A stretch of DNA of 39,981 bases from a virus. Its lineage: Duplodnaviria; Caudoviricetes. Numbering within the stretch: position 1 is the stretch's first letter; each line of letters opens with the position of its first letter. Below the pieces are notes generated by a model. The model was not told the origin of the DNA. It saw only the letters and a list, made by a program, of their open reading frames with translations, and made no database searches. The stretch lies in IMG/VR virus record IMGVR_UViG_3300046808_000067, positions 1 to 39,981 of that record. One strand, written 5' to 3'. Shown here in pieces: positions 7,303 through 16,460 of this stretch. The translations under genes were made by a program, and so were the position numbers.

Positions 7303-7649
7303 GCCTTTAGCTTGTTTAGCACGAACCGAGCCTTCTCACGGAAGGACGAGTCTGTGCGAGTGAGGACATCTGCCCTCTGCTTTGCCGAGATGATCGTGGT
7401 GTGGTTCTTACGCTGAAAGATGCGTGCGGTCTCTGCCAGCGTGTGATGCTCGCTCACCAGTGCCATTGCCAGCGTCCGGGCCTGTGATGGAGTCGGCTGC
7501 TTGTCGTAGGCAAATATCTGGCTCGGATGCACACCGAACACCTCTGCGACCGCAGAGATGGTCTTGCTCGCCTTGTTGCGCGACATCCTGCGATCTAGTT
7601 CGGCGCATAGCTCGTCGGTGGTAAGGTCATTTACATGTGTGATGGTCAT
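7299..7649 (-). CDS. Stand-alone DnaA C-terminal (domain IV)-like HTH protein
   Basis: VAEVFGV..ARTLAMAL..TLAETARIF.RKNHTTII resembles the DnaA domain IV SL..IG..F.RDHTTV pattern. Confidence 0.75.
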   Translation of the reverse strand: MTITHVNDLTTDELCAELDRRMSRNKASKTISAVAEVFGVHPSQIFAYDKQPTPSQARTLAMALVSEHHTLAETARIFQRKNHTTIISAKQRADVLTRTDSSFREKARFVLNKLKA

Positions 7650-7720
7650 GGAAAGTGATTGCCCTGCGTGGAACCCGTGGGCGGCGGGATGACAATAATA
7701 CCTCCACGCTGGTAGATTTG

Positions 7721-7996
7721 TTAGGCTAGGTTAGCTACAGCGTCAATAGCAGAGACGCGCACCAGCATTCCGTTGCCGCGAGCAGGTGCGAACTTGTCGC
7801 CGCGATGCTCTAGGTTTTGAAGGTATGCAACCTCCACAGCATTCGCTGGGATCACCCGGTAGAAGTCACCCTTGATCTGGCGTGAATTGTACACGGGTGT
7901 TCCGTAGCGCAGGTCTTTCTCCTCAACGATCACATCAGGGTTTTTCACCCGTGTCTTCGTGGAGAATCGTAGTTTGCGTTGTAGTAGGGTTCGCAT
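7721..7996 (-). CDS. Hypothetical protein
   Basis: TGATG coupling to the ssb-like gene. Confidence 0.65.
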   Translation of the reverse strand: MRTLLQRKLRFSTKTRVKNPDVIVEEKDLRYGTPVYNSRQIKGDFYRVIPANAVEVAYLQNLEHRGDKFAPARGNGMLVRVSAIDAVANLA

Positions 7997-8220
7997 CAGA
8001 AGGGGATCTCGTCGGTCTCAACCTTTGCAGCAGGCTTGCGCTCGTCGGTGTCGATCTTGAGCGAGATGAACTTGCCGTTCTTGCCCTCGCGGAGCCAGCC
8101 AGCCAGCTTGTACTCAACGCCGCCGACATCCAGCTTGCCCTTGTATGCAGGACGCTTTGGGTTGTCGCCAGTGTCGTTTTTAAATAAAACGCCAGTATTT
8201 GTGTTGTCGTAGTTACTCAT
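7996..8220 (-). CDS. Small single-stranded DNA-binding protein-like
   Basis: GVLFKND..P.YKG..Y.LAGW..FISL; acidic DEIPF tail; follows exonuclease and erf. Confidence 0.75.
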   Translation of the reverse strand: MSNYDNTNTGVLFKNDTGDNPKRPAYKGKLDVGGVEYKLAGWLREGKNGKFISLKIDTDERKPAAKVETDEIPF

Positions 8221-8229
8221 ATGTTTGTG

Positions 8230-9036
8230 TTATTTGTTTTTGATTGCCCACTTTGGAGGTGAGAGTGTTTGAATTCCGTCAATCGCTGGCGGGAAATGCC
8301 CGGTTTGCACGCACTGGTTCCACTTAGCCAAGGCTTGCATATAGCCCTCGCGTCCCAGCTTGATGAAGTCCTCGTCGAGCAGGACGGTTGCCATCTCAAA
8401 TGGACGGTCAACCTCCATGAAGACGATCACGAACTCCGTTCGGTTATCGCCAGATGCCATGTTCCAGATGTCTAGGTACATAGCAGATTGCCAGTGGTAG
8501 CCACGGTTAATGATCAGCGATGTGAGTTGATCCAGAGACTCAATGCTCTGGGTGGTCTTCAAGTCAATCAGCGACAAGCCCTCGCTCGGCACAAGGTCGA
8601 TCATGCACTTGCAGGGAGTACCGAACACATCCGCAAACACAGCCACTTCGGTGTTGTAGTCTGGGAGATACTCAACAGTAGGGTTCTTCCGAAACGAGTA
8701 ACCTGCGCTCTCGGCCTTGAGCCACTCATCTGCGGTGACCACTTGGATGCCAGTCATGCTATCACGCCACTCACGCGCCTCCTTGGTGCGGAAGTCAGAG
8801 TAGGGACTGACGATATACTTCTCATCCATCTTGTGCGGCTCCAGACAAGCCGTGTGGTACAGAGTACCAGTCCGCATGGCTGCGGTTGGCTCCTTCTCAC
8901 GGCGTGAGTTGAACCACTTGAATGGTGACTTGTAGAAGTCCCAAAGGAGTGACTTGGACACCGGGCCGCTGAGGGAGCGTGGTGTAGCGGTCTTCGTGTA
9001 GTACTCGTCTCCGAGTCCGTGGATTATCTTGCTCAT
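8230..9036 (-). CDS. RecE/exonuclease VIII-like PD-(D/E)XK exonuclease
   Basis: AMRTGTLYH..LEP, E..KCMID..IDLKTT, YHWQSAMY. Confidence 0.85.
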   Translation of the reverse strand: MSKIIHGLGDEYYTKTATPRSLSGPVSKSLLWDFYKSPFKWFNSRREKEPTAAMRTGTLYHTACLEPHKMDEKYIVSPYSDFRTKEAREWRDSMTGIQVVTADEWLKAESAGYSFRKNPTVEYLPDYNTEVAVFADVFGTPCKCMIDLVPSEGLSLIDLKTTQSIESLDQLTSLIINRGYHWQSAMYLDIWNMASGDNRTEFVIVFMEVDRPFEMATVLLDEDFIKLGREGYMQALAKWNQCVQTGHFPPAIDGIQTLSPPKWAIKNK

Positions 9037-9620
9037 TCCGCACCTCCTTTCTGGATCTTTTTAGCCTTGGCATCCAGAGATGCGTTAGCCTTGGTCAGCA
9101 CAGGCTTGGTGATCTCGCTGAGTGACTTGACTGCGAGGTACTTTAGGAAGGCCTCCTCGTCCACACCAAGCCCCTCCATTCGGGTCTTGAGTCCTGCAAT
9201 GTCCTCCTTGGTCGCTGGAGCCGCAGGCTTGTTGTGCGAGGCTGCTTGCCCGTCATCGTCCTCTTGCGCGATGCCGCACATGGCGGCTAAAGAATACCTA
9301 CGGAGGTAGGTTGTGCTTGCTCCAACACCCTGTGCGTCTGCTTTTGCTGGGACGCAGGAAGCGGTGCTGCTAATATGTCCACCCTCGGCGTGGAGGATGG
9401 TCGTGGTGACGCTGACAAGCGATCCATCGTAAGCAGTGCTTTGAATGATCGACAAGCCATTGGCGGCAAACACAGGTCGCACCGTGTTCAACACTTCGGC
9501 GAGGTCTGCGTAGCGGTTCTTGAAGTGCGGGTTGATGCTACCCTTGGTAGCGTTCTCAACCTGCGACTGCGCGGTTGCAAGTGCCTTATTCAAGGCTGGG
9601 GTTGTATGTTCCAGTATCAT
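9033..9620 (-). CDS. erf: Erf-family single-strand annealing recombinase
   Basis: NPHFKNRYADL, Q.VGASTTYLRRYSL..GI..EDDDG. Confidence 0.9.
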   Translation of the reverse strand: MILEHTTPALNKALATAQSQVENATKGSINPHFKNRYADLAEVLNTVRPVFAANGLSIIQSTAYDGSLVSVTTTILHAEGGHISSTASCVPAKADAQGVGASTTYLRRYSLAAMCGIAQEDDDGQAASHNKPAAPATKEDIAGLKTRMEGLGVDEEAFLKYLAVKSLSEITKPVLTKANASLDAKAKKIQKGGAE

Positions 9621-9678
9621 TGTTGTTTGATCGGATGGTTTGATCCGTTGACAGATGTTGACACCTAATGCGTTTGGG

Positions 9679-9906
9679 TCAATACCTTTTTTTGCGCGTA
9701 ATGTAACCCTCTGCGTTCCAATGCCTTACGACCTGCTTTGGTTGCCAGTCGGGAAGCATGGAGCGTGGATGAGTGTCGGCACAGGTCTTGCAAAGGACAT
9801 ATGTCACGCCGGGATCATAGCGCAGTTCTGCCTCTGACTTCTTGTGGCACGAACATTTACGCATGAGGCGGCGAGCCTCGTCGAACTCATAATCCTCGTC
9901 GGTCAC
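9679..9906 (-). CDS. Hypothetical Zn-binding protein (Lar-like layout)
   Basis: CSC..CKTC..WN spacing. Confidence 0.5.
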   Translation of the reverse strand: MTDEDYEFDEARRLMRKCSCHKKSEAELRYDPGVTYVLCKTCADTHPRSMLPDWQPKQVVRHWNAEGYITRKKRY

Positions 9907-10130
9907 GCGATAGAGTACAGGTTGGTGCTGCGTCCGTTAGCTCGACCCTTCCGCATGGTCAACACGCCTGCGGCTAGTTTCTCTCGTAGGATTGCTCCAG
10001 CGTGTGGGGTGGACATGCCTGCTCGCTCGGCGTACTCGTTCACCGTGAACTCGTCGTCGCGGCGGGGTTGCTCTGTGCCGATGAGGGCAATCGCTCGGTC
10101 GAGCGCGTCTAGTGCTTGTTTCGTTTTCAT
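9903..10130 (-). CDS. Small winged-HTH protein
   Basis: FTVNEYAERAGMSTPHAGAILREKLAAGVL. Confidence 0.65.
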   Translation of the reverse strand: MKTKQALDALDRAIALIGTEQPRRDDEFTVNEYAERAGMSTPHAGAILREKLAAGVLTMRKGRANGRSTNLYSIA

Positions 10131-10253
10131 TGGTTTGATGTATGGCAAAATACTATTACCCATGCCGTAATCACGACAAGTTCCACGATAGTTGACGCTA
10201 GTTCGTAATTCATTGTCGGCGTACAGCTACAATGGTTTGATGTTGGCGAACGA

Positions 10254-10982
10254 CTACAAGATTCCCATAGGCGAGATCCAAGTGTCACCCTCCTTAATGA
10301 CATTCCAAGCCTGCCACGACCCAGTCTTTTCGTTGATGAGTCCGTAAAGGAACCCATTGCGCCACGCTAATTTCGCAGGTGTTCGGTCGGCATAGGATAA
10401 CTGGTCGATGTCTGCAAGGCATCCAACGGAGAATGCAGATTGCCCCTCAATGTGACGAGCCACATAGACATCGGGCTTGTGGACATGACCGTGGATTACC
10501 GCATTCCATAGCTCAAAATGGCTTTTGGCTGGGTACATCGTAGCGCGGAAGCCGTGGATAAACTTCGGCCCACCCTCTGGCAGCATGAGGTACTTGCTAA
10601 TGTGATACGGAACCCACTTGATCTTGCGCTTTCGGAACTCGTCCTCGGAGGCTTGTGCAAGCTTTGCGCAATGCTCACGGAGCATACCGTCAGCGCACTT
10701 TGTGGAGTTCATCCAGATGCGATCGTCGTGATTGCCGAGGGTGAGGTAGTCGGGTTTGAATGCATCTAGAAACTCCAGACCCATCTGATAGTCATCTGAG
10801 ATGCCATCTGCCTTTTCCTCCGGGCTTGCGCCTCGGCGTAGCGGTGAGAAGTCCCAGAGGTCACCGAGGTGAACCCGGTAGTGAGGCTTCCACGATTTTG
10901 CGAATTCAAGTATCTTCTTTTTAGCCTCTTCAGAGACTAGGCTCCCGTGGTTATCGGCAGCGACGAGGAACTTTTTGTACAT
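10254..10982 (-). CDS. Calcineurin-like metallophosphoesterase
   Basis: DNH, GDLWD, GNHD, HG, GHVH motifs. Confidence 0.9.
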   Translation of the reverse strand: MYKKFLVAADNHGSLVSEEAKKKILEFAKSWKPHYRVHLGDLWDFSPLRRGASPEEKADGISDDYQMGLEFLDAFKPDYLTLGNHDDRIWMNSTKCADGMLREHCAKLAQASEDEFRKRKIKWVPYHISKYLMLPEGGPKFIHGFRATMYPAKSHFELWNAVIHGHVHKPDVYVARHIEGQSAFSVGCLADIDQLSYADRTPAKLAWRNGFLYGLINEKTGSWQAWNVIKEGDTWISPMGIL

Positions 10983-11281
10983 TTTGTTTTTCGTTTTGGT
11001 TTGGTGTTAATCCTCTCCCAAGCAGGGAAGAAGATATTCTCCAGACATCTGACAGCACCCTCCTCCATGTCCTCGAAAGGTTTGCAATGCGCTATGCCTC
11101 CAATGGCAAAAGCAGCGTGCATCATTTCGTGACGAAGTGTGGACACCATGATGTCTGTATCCGCACTACGCAGGGTTATTCGCATATCGTCAAGACAAAA
11201 AAGACCGTATTCTGCTAAATCTTTTTCAATTACGATCTCTACCTCCTGCCCACCAATGCTTATGGATGGGGGGATTTTCAT
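10937..11281 (-). CDS. Small HEXXH zincin-like protein
   Basis: TLRHEMMHA followed by EEG.V. Confidence 0.7.
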   Translation of the reverse strand: MKIPPSISIGGQEVEIVIEKDLAEYGLFCLDDMRITLRSADTDIMVSTLRHEMMHAAFAIGGIAHCKPFEDMEEGAVRCLENIFFPAWERINTKPKRKTKCTKSSSSLPITTGA

Positions 11282-11841
11282 CGGGTGGCTTGGAAATGTT
11301 GCCCATCGTATGACCAAAAAGCACCTGCTGGCAACCATCCTTCCTTGGCAAACTCTTCCATCACTTCAATGGGCATGTTCGCGGATTTCGGCCAATGCTC
11401 ACGGAACTGATTGGTGCTAGGCGCAAGGTCTATAGCCGCGCCCCTAGCGTGCAGGGAAGGCAGAGAACCACCTCTCATGGGGCGGTTGTTGTAGCATCCT
11501 GCGTACTCCTTCAGCACCCACGCATGAGGGGTCTTACTAATGTTCTCCAGAATGCGGCGAAGGCTCGGAGCTACCTTGTGGTGGCAGCGGATTGTCTTAA
11601 CATTCTTCCCACTGTAGCGAATGTCGAGGTCACCTACCGCGAGGTTGACAAGCATCGTCTCGTCGCCCGGTCGTCCGTAGAACCTAGTGAGCGCGCCTTG
11701 GTCTTGTGTCGGCCAAGGGTGATCTACGGGCATGAGGCCACGCAGGTGATCTTTGCATGCCTTTATTGACTTCGGCCCCCAGAACCCGTCTGGAGTCGTC
11801 CCTACGCGCTCTTGTAGAGCAATGATCTGGTTGTGATTCAT
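11278..11841 (-). CDS. Endolysin, M15-family Zn peptidase with N-terminal peptidoglycan-binding motif
   Basis: LQ..G..PDGFWGPKS; R..SLHARGAAID; D..HFQ. Confidence 0.85.
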   Translation of the reverse strand: MNHNQIIALQERVGTTPDGFWGPKSIKACKDHLRGLMPVDHPWPTQDQGALTRFYGRPGDETMLVNLAVGDLDIRYSGKNVKTIRCHHKVAPSLRRILENISKTPHAWVLKEYAGCYNNRPMRGGSLPSLHARGAAIDLAPSTNQFREHWPKSANMPIEVMEEFAKEGWLPAGAFWSYDGQHFQATR

Positions 11842-11882
11842 GACTGTAATTTACACTACAGGTCAAGACCACCTTGACCTAC

Positions 11883-12059
11883 TCAACGCTTTTTAAGCAA
11901 TTTCCGCAGGGAAAGCAAGCCCACGATGATACCTATGACGAGGGAGGTTATACGCATCCCCCACTCAATTTGCTCCTGCATGGAAGTAATGACACCGAGG
12001 GCTGGGGTAATTGTCCCCACAGCCCCGTGCAGAAGGTCGCGTCCGTGATCGGAGATCAT
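11883..12059 (-). CDS. 58-aa holin-like membrane protein (not in ORF track)
   Basis: MISDHGRD...ITSLVIGIIVGLLSLRKLLKKR; hydrophobic segment with basic tail; directly upstream of endolysin. Confidence 0.65.
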   Translation of the reverse strand: MISDHGRDLLHGAVGTITPALGVITSMQEQIEWGMRITSLVIGIIVGLLSLRKLLKKR

Positions 12060-12211
12060 CGCCCTGCGTCCCGTGCTTTGATGAGGCCAAAGCCTGCGGT
12101 GATTGCAGCGAACGCGCCAACAAAGTCAGGTGCGCCCCCCTTGAGGATTTGAATGCCAACATTGGAAATCGTGGCAACGATAGTAAGAACTCCGAGTGCA
12201 GTAGTTTTCAT
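12056..12211 (-). CDS. 51-aa two-TM holin-like protein (not in ORF track)
   Basis: MKTTALGVLTIVATISNVGIQIL-KGGAPD-FVGAFAAITAGFGLIKARD; ATGA coupling to next gene. Confidence 0.7.
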   Translation of the reverse strand: MKTTALGVLTIVATISNVGIQILKGGAPDFVGAFAAITAGFGLIKARDAGR

Positions 12212-12229
12212 GTGTGTATGTGTTGTAGA

Positions 12230-12550
12230 TTAAGCCCAGAAAGTATTAGGGACATCGTCAGAGATTGGTCGTGGGACAGGAACTGGATTACCATCCTCGT
12301 CGTCCACAGTCCACTCTGATGACCAGTAAATGAATTGATCGCCGCCAGTAGGAATCGGAATCCCGACTAGATCGCGGAAGAGAACCCACCAGTCAGATCC
12401 GTTATGCTCTCCAATTACATGGAGCGCGTGCTCATGCGAGGCAAGGGATATTTGAGCCTCCCCATTTGCATTAAGCGCAGCAAAGCCATTCGCAATGCCA
12501 AACTGGATCGCAATGTTTTGATTTGGAAACTTTAGCAAGTAATCAATCAT
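12230..12550 (-). CDS. Hypothetical protein, probable fibre/spike partner
   Basis: ATGA-coupled to the 433-aa gene. Confidence 0.65.
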   Translation of the reverse strand: MIDYLLKFPNQNIAIQFGIANGFAALNANGEAQISLASHEHALHVIGEHNGSDWWVLFRDLVGIPIPTGGDQFIYWSSEWTVDDEDGNPVPVPRPISDDVPNTFWA

Positions 12551-13848
12551 GCTGTGATGGATTGGAGTTTAGAGTCAGTAAGTCGTTTTTTGTAGTAACG
12601 GAGTGACGCGACACATCCACACATTGTGTTTCCACCTTGCCCTGCTCCAATTCTCATGCGGTCAACAGTTGGAATCGTTCCACTCGTATCTGTAACAGCC
12701 GCTCCACCATTTATGCTGGATGCAAAGTCGTTTAGTTTATATGCCCCAGCCAGCTTAAATGATGTATTGTAAGAAACTGTACCTGAATCAATATCCACAA
12801 TCTCACTGCCACCATCAGTAACTTTAAAGAATGGATTGGTTGACTCAGTTCTTAATCGAATCATTTCGTTTGCGGTATTGTCATCTACTGCAATAACAGT
12901 CCTGTCTCCGCTTGCTGGAGTAAACGCGTTTGTAAGAATTGCTCCTTCACTCTGATTATACAAACCACTAAAATCCGTTCCAGTAATACTACACACATCC
13001 GCGCTACGCACCACGCTTGCATTCGTAGTTGGGATGTAAGAGGTGGAGAATGCGCCCACTTCAAATTGAGCCATTGCAGCTAAGAACTTATTGGAGGCAC
13101 TGCCAGAATAAGATGGAACGCGAGTAGTTCCATTCGTGTTGTTGACACCAGCAGCTAGAATTGTCCCAGTAGACGAAGTTGTAGTGACTGCGGCGGCACT
13201 CCAAGAAACTCGATACCAGCCATTTGCGTACGCTTCAACTCTTGCTGTACCTCCAGATGAGTTGCCAATAGTTCCGTTGGAGATATTGATATTTACATAT
13301 TGTGATGTTCCGAATCCAGTAGACGCAAGGGTTACTTGAACCCAGTCAACACTTCCAGAAACCTTTTTTAAGAAAATTGAGCCAGTATATGTTGTTCCAC
13401 TTGTAACTGATGCAACTTGCCCAGAACCAGTCCCACCTGTGTTTAGCACTGTGTGGAGTGTCCCTCCAGCATTCTCAGTAACTTCGTATGCTGTATTATT
13501 GTCTGGCCCAGTCCCACTAGATGTAATTGTAGTTCCAGCAGTAGCCCAACCAGTTCCGTTGACCAAGGCTCCAGAATACAATGCAAAATTAGTTCTGCCT
13601 TCCTCAATCAATAAACCTTGGCAAACTCCAGTTGATGTGTGGTTAAACCTAGCGACATTGATTCCAGCTGTTTGCACAAGACCGTCACTTCCAACAAATG
13701 TTGCTGATGAGGATCGAGTAAATGTTGGAGTCGGGCCTTTACGGGCAGTTAAAGTCTTGTCGGTAGCAAACTGAAGGTCAAGCGAAAGTTTGTCTGCATT
13801 TAATCCTCCACTGCCTCCACTAAGCATATTTCCAAGTACATACTGCAT
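12547..13848 (-). CDS. Fibre/spike-like structural protein with carbohydrate-binding/lectin-like domains
   Basis: TFTRSSSATF..G..ARF..GLLIEE.RTN; NGWYRV; Q.EVGAFSTSYIPTT..R.AD; Thr/Ser/Gly-rich. Confidence 0.75.
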   Translation of the reverse strand: MQYVLGNMLSGGSGGLNADKLSLDLQFATDKTLTARKGPTPTFTRSSSATFVGSDGLVQTAGINVARFNHTSTGVCQGLLIEEGRTNFALYSGALVNGTGWATAGTTITSSGTGPDNNTAYEVTENAGGTLHTVLNTGGTGSGQVASVTSGTTYTGSIFLKKVSGSVDWVQVTLASTGFGTSQYVNINISNGTIGNSSGGTARVEAYANGWYRVSWSAAAVTTTSSTGTILAAGVNNTNGTTRVPSYSGSASNKFLAAMAQFEVGAFSTSYIPTTNASVVRSADVCSITGTDFSGLYNQSEGAILTNAFTPASGDRTVIAVDDNTANEMIRLRTESTNPFFKVTDGGSEIVDIDSGTVSYNTSFKLAGAYKLNDFASSINGGAAVTDTSGTIPTVDRMRIGAGQGGNTMCGCVASLRYYKKRLTDSKLQSITA

Positions 13849-13849
13849 A

Positions 13850-14626
13850 TTACCAGCGAAGTTGCATGTTAGCGTTAGTGCGGATGCGATTACTCACAAA
13901 TCCGCTTGTGTGATTTTCGTCGAGACGGATGAGTTCGTCCTGCAAAAGCATCTCTGCCTCTTGGTCGGCAACTGCCGCCTTCTCCTGCTGGCCTTCAGCT
14001 CGGAGGTAGTCGGCGTATGTGCCGTGGGCGAGGTACTGGAACCATTCGGCTGGGATCGTGGATGTCTCACCAGCACCATCTCCGTAGGTGTCCGAGAACT
14101 GTGCCTTGTAGGTTACGAATGCAGTCTCTGGGTTGAGGTTTCCAGATACCAAAGTCGCCCCATTTACATCCACAGTGTAGTCAAACTCTTGAACTGATGC
14201 TAGAGCGTACGGAGCTTGCTTAAAGATACGCAGGAAGGTGTCTATGCTGCTCTTGCCTGTCTCGTCGTAAGGGACATAGCCCAAAGCTTGCCTGACGGTT
14301 CCTGTGCCAGTTCCCGCGCCAGTAGCGACGAAATACTCGCCAACAGTGCTTGCACTAGCACCGATTAGCGTGAAGTCTGTATTACCTACGGTTTCGATAA
14401 AGTACCCCGTGCCAGAGACGGTGGTGGTGACAGCAACTGGATCTTCAGCGAGATAGCGTTCCTCGCCAATCTTGAGGAATCTCGTCCAGTAGTTGCTTGC
14501 GCGGTATGCTCGGATTGCCCGGCGATTGATCAACGCCTTGATGCGCGTGGTTTCAATGCTAGCGAACACCACGCCGCACAGGGCTTGGATGAGCGAGAAT
14601 AGGTCAGCGTAGGTTCTAGTCTGCAT
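13850..14626 (-). CDS. Probable head-tail adaptor (tail tubular protein A-like)
   Basis: Position after capsid genes; IN.R..RAY N-terminal helices and IPAEWFQYLAHG C-terminal motif. Confidence 0.55.
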   Translation of the reverse strand: MQTRTYADLFSLIQALCGVVFASIETTRIKALINRRAIRAYRASNYWTRFLKIGEERYLAEDPVAVTTTVSGTGYFIETVGNTDFTLIGASASTVGEYFVATGAGTGTGTVRQALGYVPYDETGKSSIDTFLRIFKQAPYALASVQEFDYTVDVNGATLVSGNLNPETAFVTYKAQFSDTYGDGAGETSTIPAEWFQYLAHGTYADYLRAEGQQEKAAVADQEAEMLLQDELIRLDENHTSGFVSNRIRTNANMQLRW

Positions 14627-14916
14627 CAGATCGCGTTAGGAGCCATTTCTGGGTGGAACTTCTGGAAGTCGCGCACAAACTCTCGGTCGTGCCATGCGTC
14701 TTCTCCATACTTATTGCGAATTAGAAAGTATTCGTGAGCTGGGATGACAGCAACTGCCTTGCCTAGCACACGGTTGGTCATTCCACGATGCCCATCAGCT
14801 TCTTGAGCTGCTGCAATCTCGCGGAACTTTTGTTTTGTTTCCATGAGTTGACGACCAGAGCAAAGCTCGCGGATTACCGCTTCGGTCATCTCATCTTCGG
14901 AAGGTTTCAGTATCAT
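14626..14916 (-). CDS. Hypothetical head-associated protein
   Basis: A.IP..Y..W.D.EF..F..HPE pattern typical of genes following podovirus capsids. Confidence 0.65.
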   Translation of the reverse strand: MILKPSEDEMTEAVIRELCSGRQLMETKQKFREIAAAQEADGHRGMTNRVLGKAVAVIPAHEYFLIRNKYGEDAWHDREFVRDFQKFHPEMAPNAI

Positions 14917-14931
14917 GGTTTGGGCGTGATG

Positions 14932-14964
14932 AGTGGGTGGCAGGGATAGAACCTACCACCCACT
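14932..14964 (-). terminator. Strong hairpin after capsid genes (terminator or mRNA stabiliser)
   Basis: AGTGGGTGGTAGG / CCTGCCACCCACT 13-bp stem (one G-U) on minus; no U tract. Confidence 0.45.
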
Positions 14965-14975
14965 ATCAGGGGTTT

Positions 14976-15419
14976 TTAGGCGAACTTGCCGGGATTGAAG
15001 ATCTCAACCACCACGACAACCTTGCCAGCAGTGAGGGAGGCAACAGTGCCGTTCCACTCAGCAAGAATCGAGGTTTCAGAGGTCACAATCGACACGGGTT
15101 GCGAAGCACCAGATGCCGAGGTGGCAGTACCAGCGTCAAACGCATCACCAGTGTTGTACGCAGGAGTGCCAGAATCGGCATCCCAAGCGTTGATGAACTC
15201 ATCCGGGTCAAGCGCGGTCGTGCCAAGGTCAAGCGTGATGTCGGAAGCACCAGCAAGGGCTTCTGCCTCGTACGCGAATGCGTTGAGGACAGCTCCACCT
15301 GCGGGGATCTTACCAATCGTCACTTGTTTTGATGAAGTGGCATTAGCGGCGATGTGGGCGAAGTCGGCAACATACACGATGGTATCGACAACGCGCTCGT
15401 TATTTACAAGTTGTGGCAT
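14976..15419 (-). CDS. Probable capsid decoration/cement protein
   Basis: Directly after major capsid; beta-rich IPAGG.VL..LG..D.F..LTAGKV.V pattern. Confidence 0.6.
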   Translation of the reverse strand: MPQLVNNERVVDTIVYVADFAHIAANATSSKQVTIGKIPAGGAVLNAFAYEAEALAGASDITLDLGTTALDPDEFINAWDADSGTPAYNTGDAFDAGTATSASGASQPVSIVTSETSILAEWNGTVASLTAGKVVVVVEIFNPGKFA

Positions 15420-15455
15420 GATATAGTTTTCCTTTCTTTTAGTGTTTTATTCAGA

Positions 15456-16442
15456 TTAGAACGAGATCTTGCCGTGTGCGCCGGGGTGCTTGCAGACAAG
15501 CGTACCAACCATATCAACATAGCCACGCTCGCCAGCACCTTGGTTCTCAAGGCGGGTCGAACCCATTGGGATCATGGTGTCGAAGCCGAGGTATTTCGGA
15601 TTCACAACATAACCGCGATTCGAGGATGGCATACAGGCAGGATTGCCCGTGATGATGTTAACAATACCGAAGTCGGAGTCGTACAGAGTCACCGAGTGCG
15701 TAACCTTCTTGGCAGTCGCGTCTTGATTGACGGTGTAGACAGCTTCCGAAGTGCCAGCAGCAGCCGTGCGTTGGAAGTTGGCAATCACCTTGCGGAGAGC
15801 AACACCAGCGATAAGCGTGAGGTTGTTAGCTTCACCGTTGACGGTGAAAATCGAAGCGATGATGTCGTTGAAGGTCGTTTCCGTGGGGGACGAACCGAGG
15901 ATCGAACCAGTGGGGGTGCGATAAGCGGCAGGAACATCCGAAGGGCCGGAAGCGTCGAGCCAGTCACCGAGACCACGAAGCTTGTACTTCGCACCAGCAC
16001 CGTCTTCGACCGAGCGGTCGTTGTCGGAGCAGATAGCGGCTTCCACCGAGCGTTTCAGCTGGCGCATTGCCTTTGCTTCGGCAGCCGCAAGCGAGGCTGG
16101 GCCAACCGATTTCGAGGCTTCTTGCAGGTCGGAAACCAAATAGGTTTCGCGGAACTTCTGGATGTAGTTGCCGAGGCGAGCGCGACCAGCAAATTGATCT
16201 TCAAATGCAGTCACATCTTGCGTTTCACCGATACCATCATACGAAGGAGCGGAGAGGGCATCAACAGTCCACTCTTTGTAGGTGGAGGTGGTGGAACCTT
16301 TGGCGCAAAGGCTAAGGAGCGGGGTTTCTTCTGGAGCAAGGATGGTCAGCTCGTTGCTGAGATCCTCGCGGTTGCTGATAGCTGAACCTTGGCCGAGTTT
16401 CGGCTGAGGAGCGTTGGGTTGATAGGTAGTTGAGATAGCCAT
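15456..16442 (-). CDS. Major capsid protein (DUF5309/SU10-like)
   Basis: NREDLS..I..PEETPL, EW..D.L, NY.QKF, LKR.VE, Y.SDFG motifs; follows scaffold. Confidence 0.9.
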   Translation of the reverse strand: MAISTTYQPNAPQPKLGQGSAISNREDLSNELTILAPEETPLLSLCAKGSTTSTYKEWTVDALSAPSYDGIGETQDVTAFEDQFAGRARLGNYIQKFRETYLVSDLQEASKSVGPASLAAAEAKAMRQLKRSVEAAICSDNDRSVEDGAGAKYKLRGLGDWLDASGPSDVPAAYRTPTGSILGSSPTETTFNDIIASIFTVNGEANNLTLIAGVALRKVIANFQRTAAAGTSEAVYTVNQDATAKKVTHSVTLYDSDFGIVNIITGNPACMPSSNRGYVVNPKYLGFDTMIPMGSTRLENQGAGERGYVDMVGTLVCKHPGAHGKISF

Positions 16443-16460
16443 AATAGTTATTCAGTTAGA

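Noticed and set aside
14932-14964. tRNA or attP from GGTTCTATCCC (T-loop-like) on minus
   Set aside because: Only a single hairpin; no D arm, anticodon arm or CCA; no integrase
15354-16385. Long antisense ORFs (343 aa here; also 1433-2185, 27279-27968) and off-frame 33776-34642
   Set aside because: Shadows of well-supported genes with no recognisable motifs
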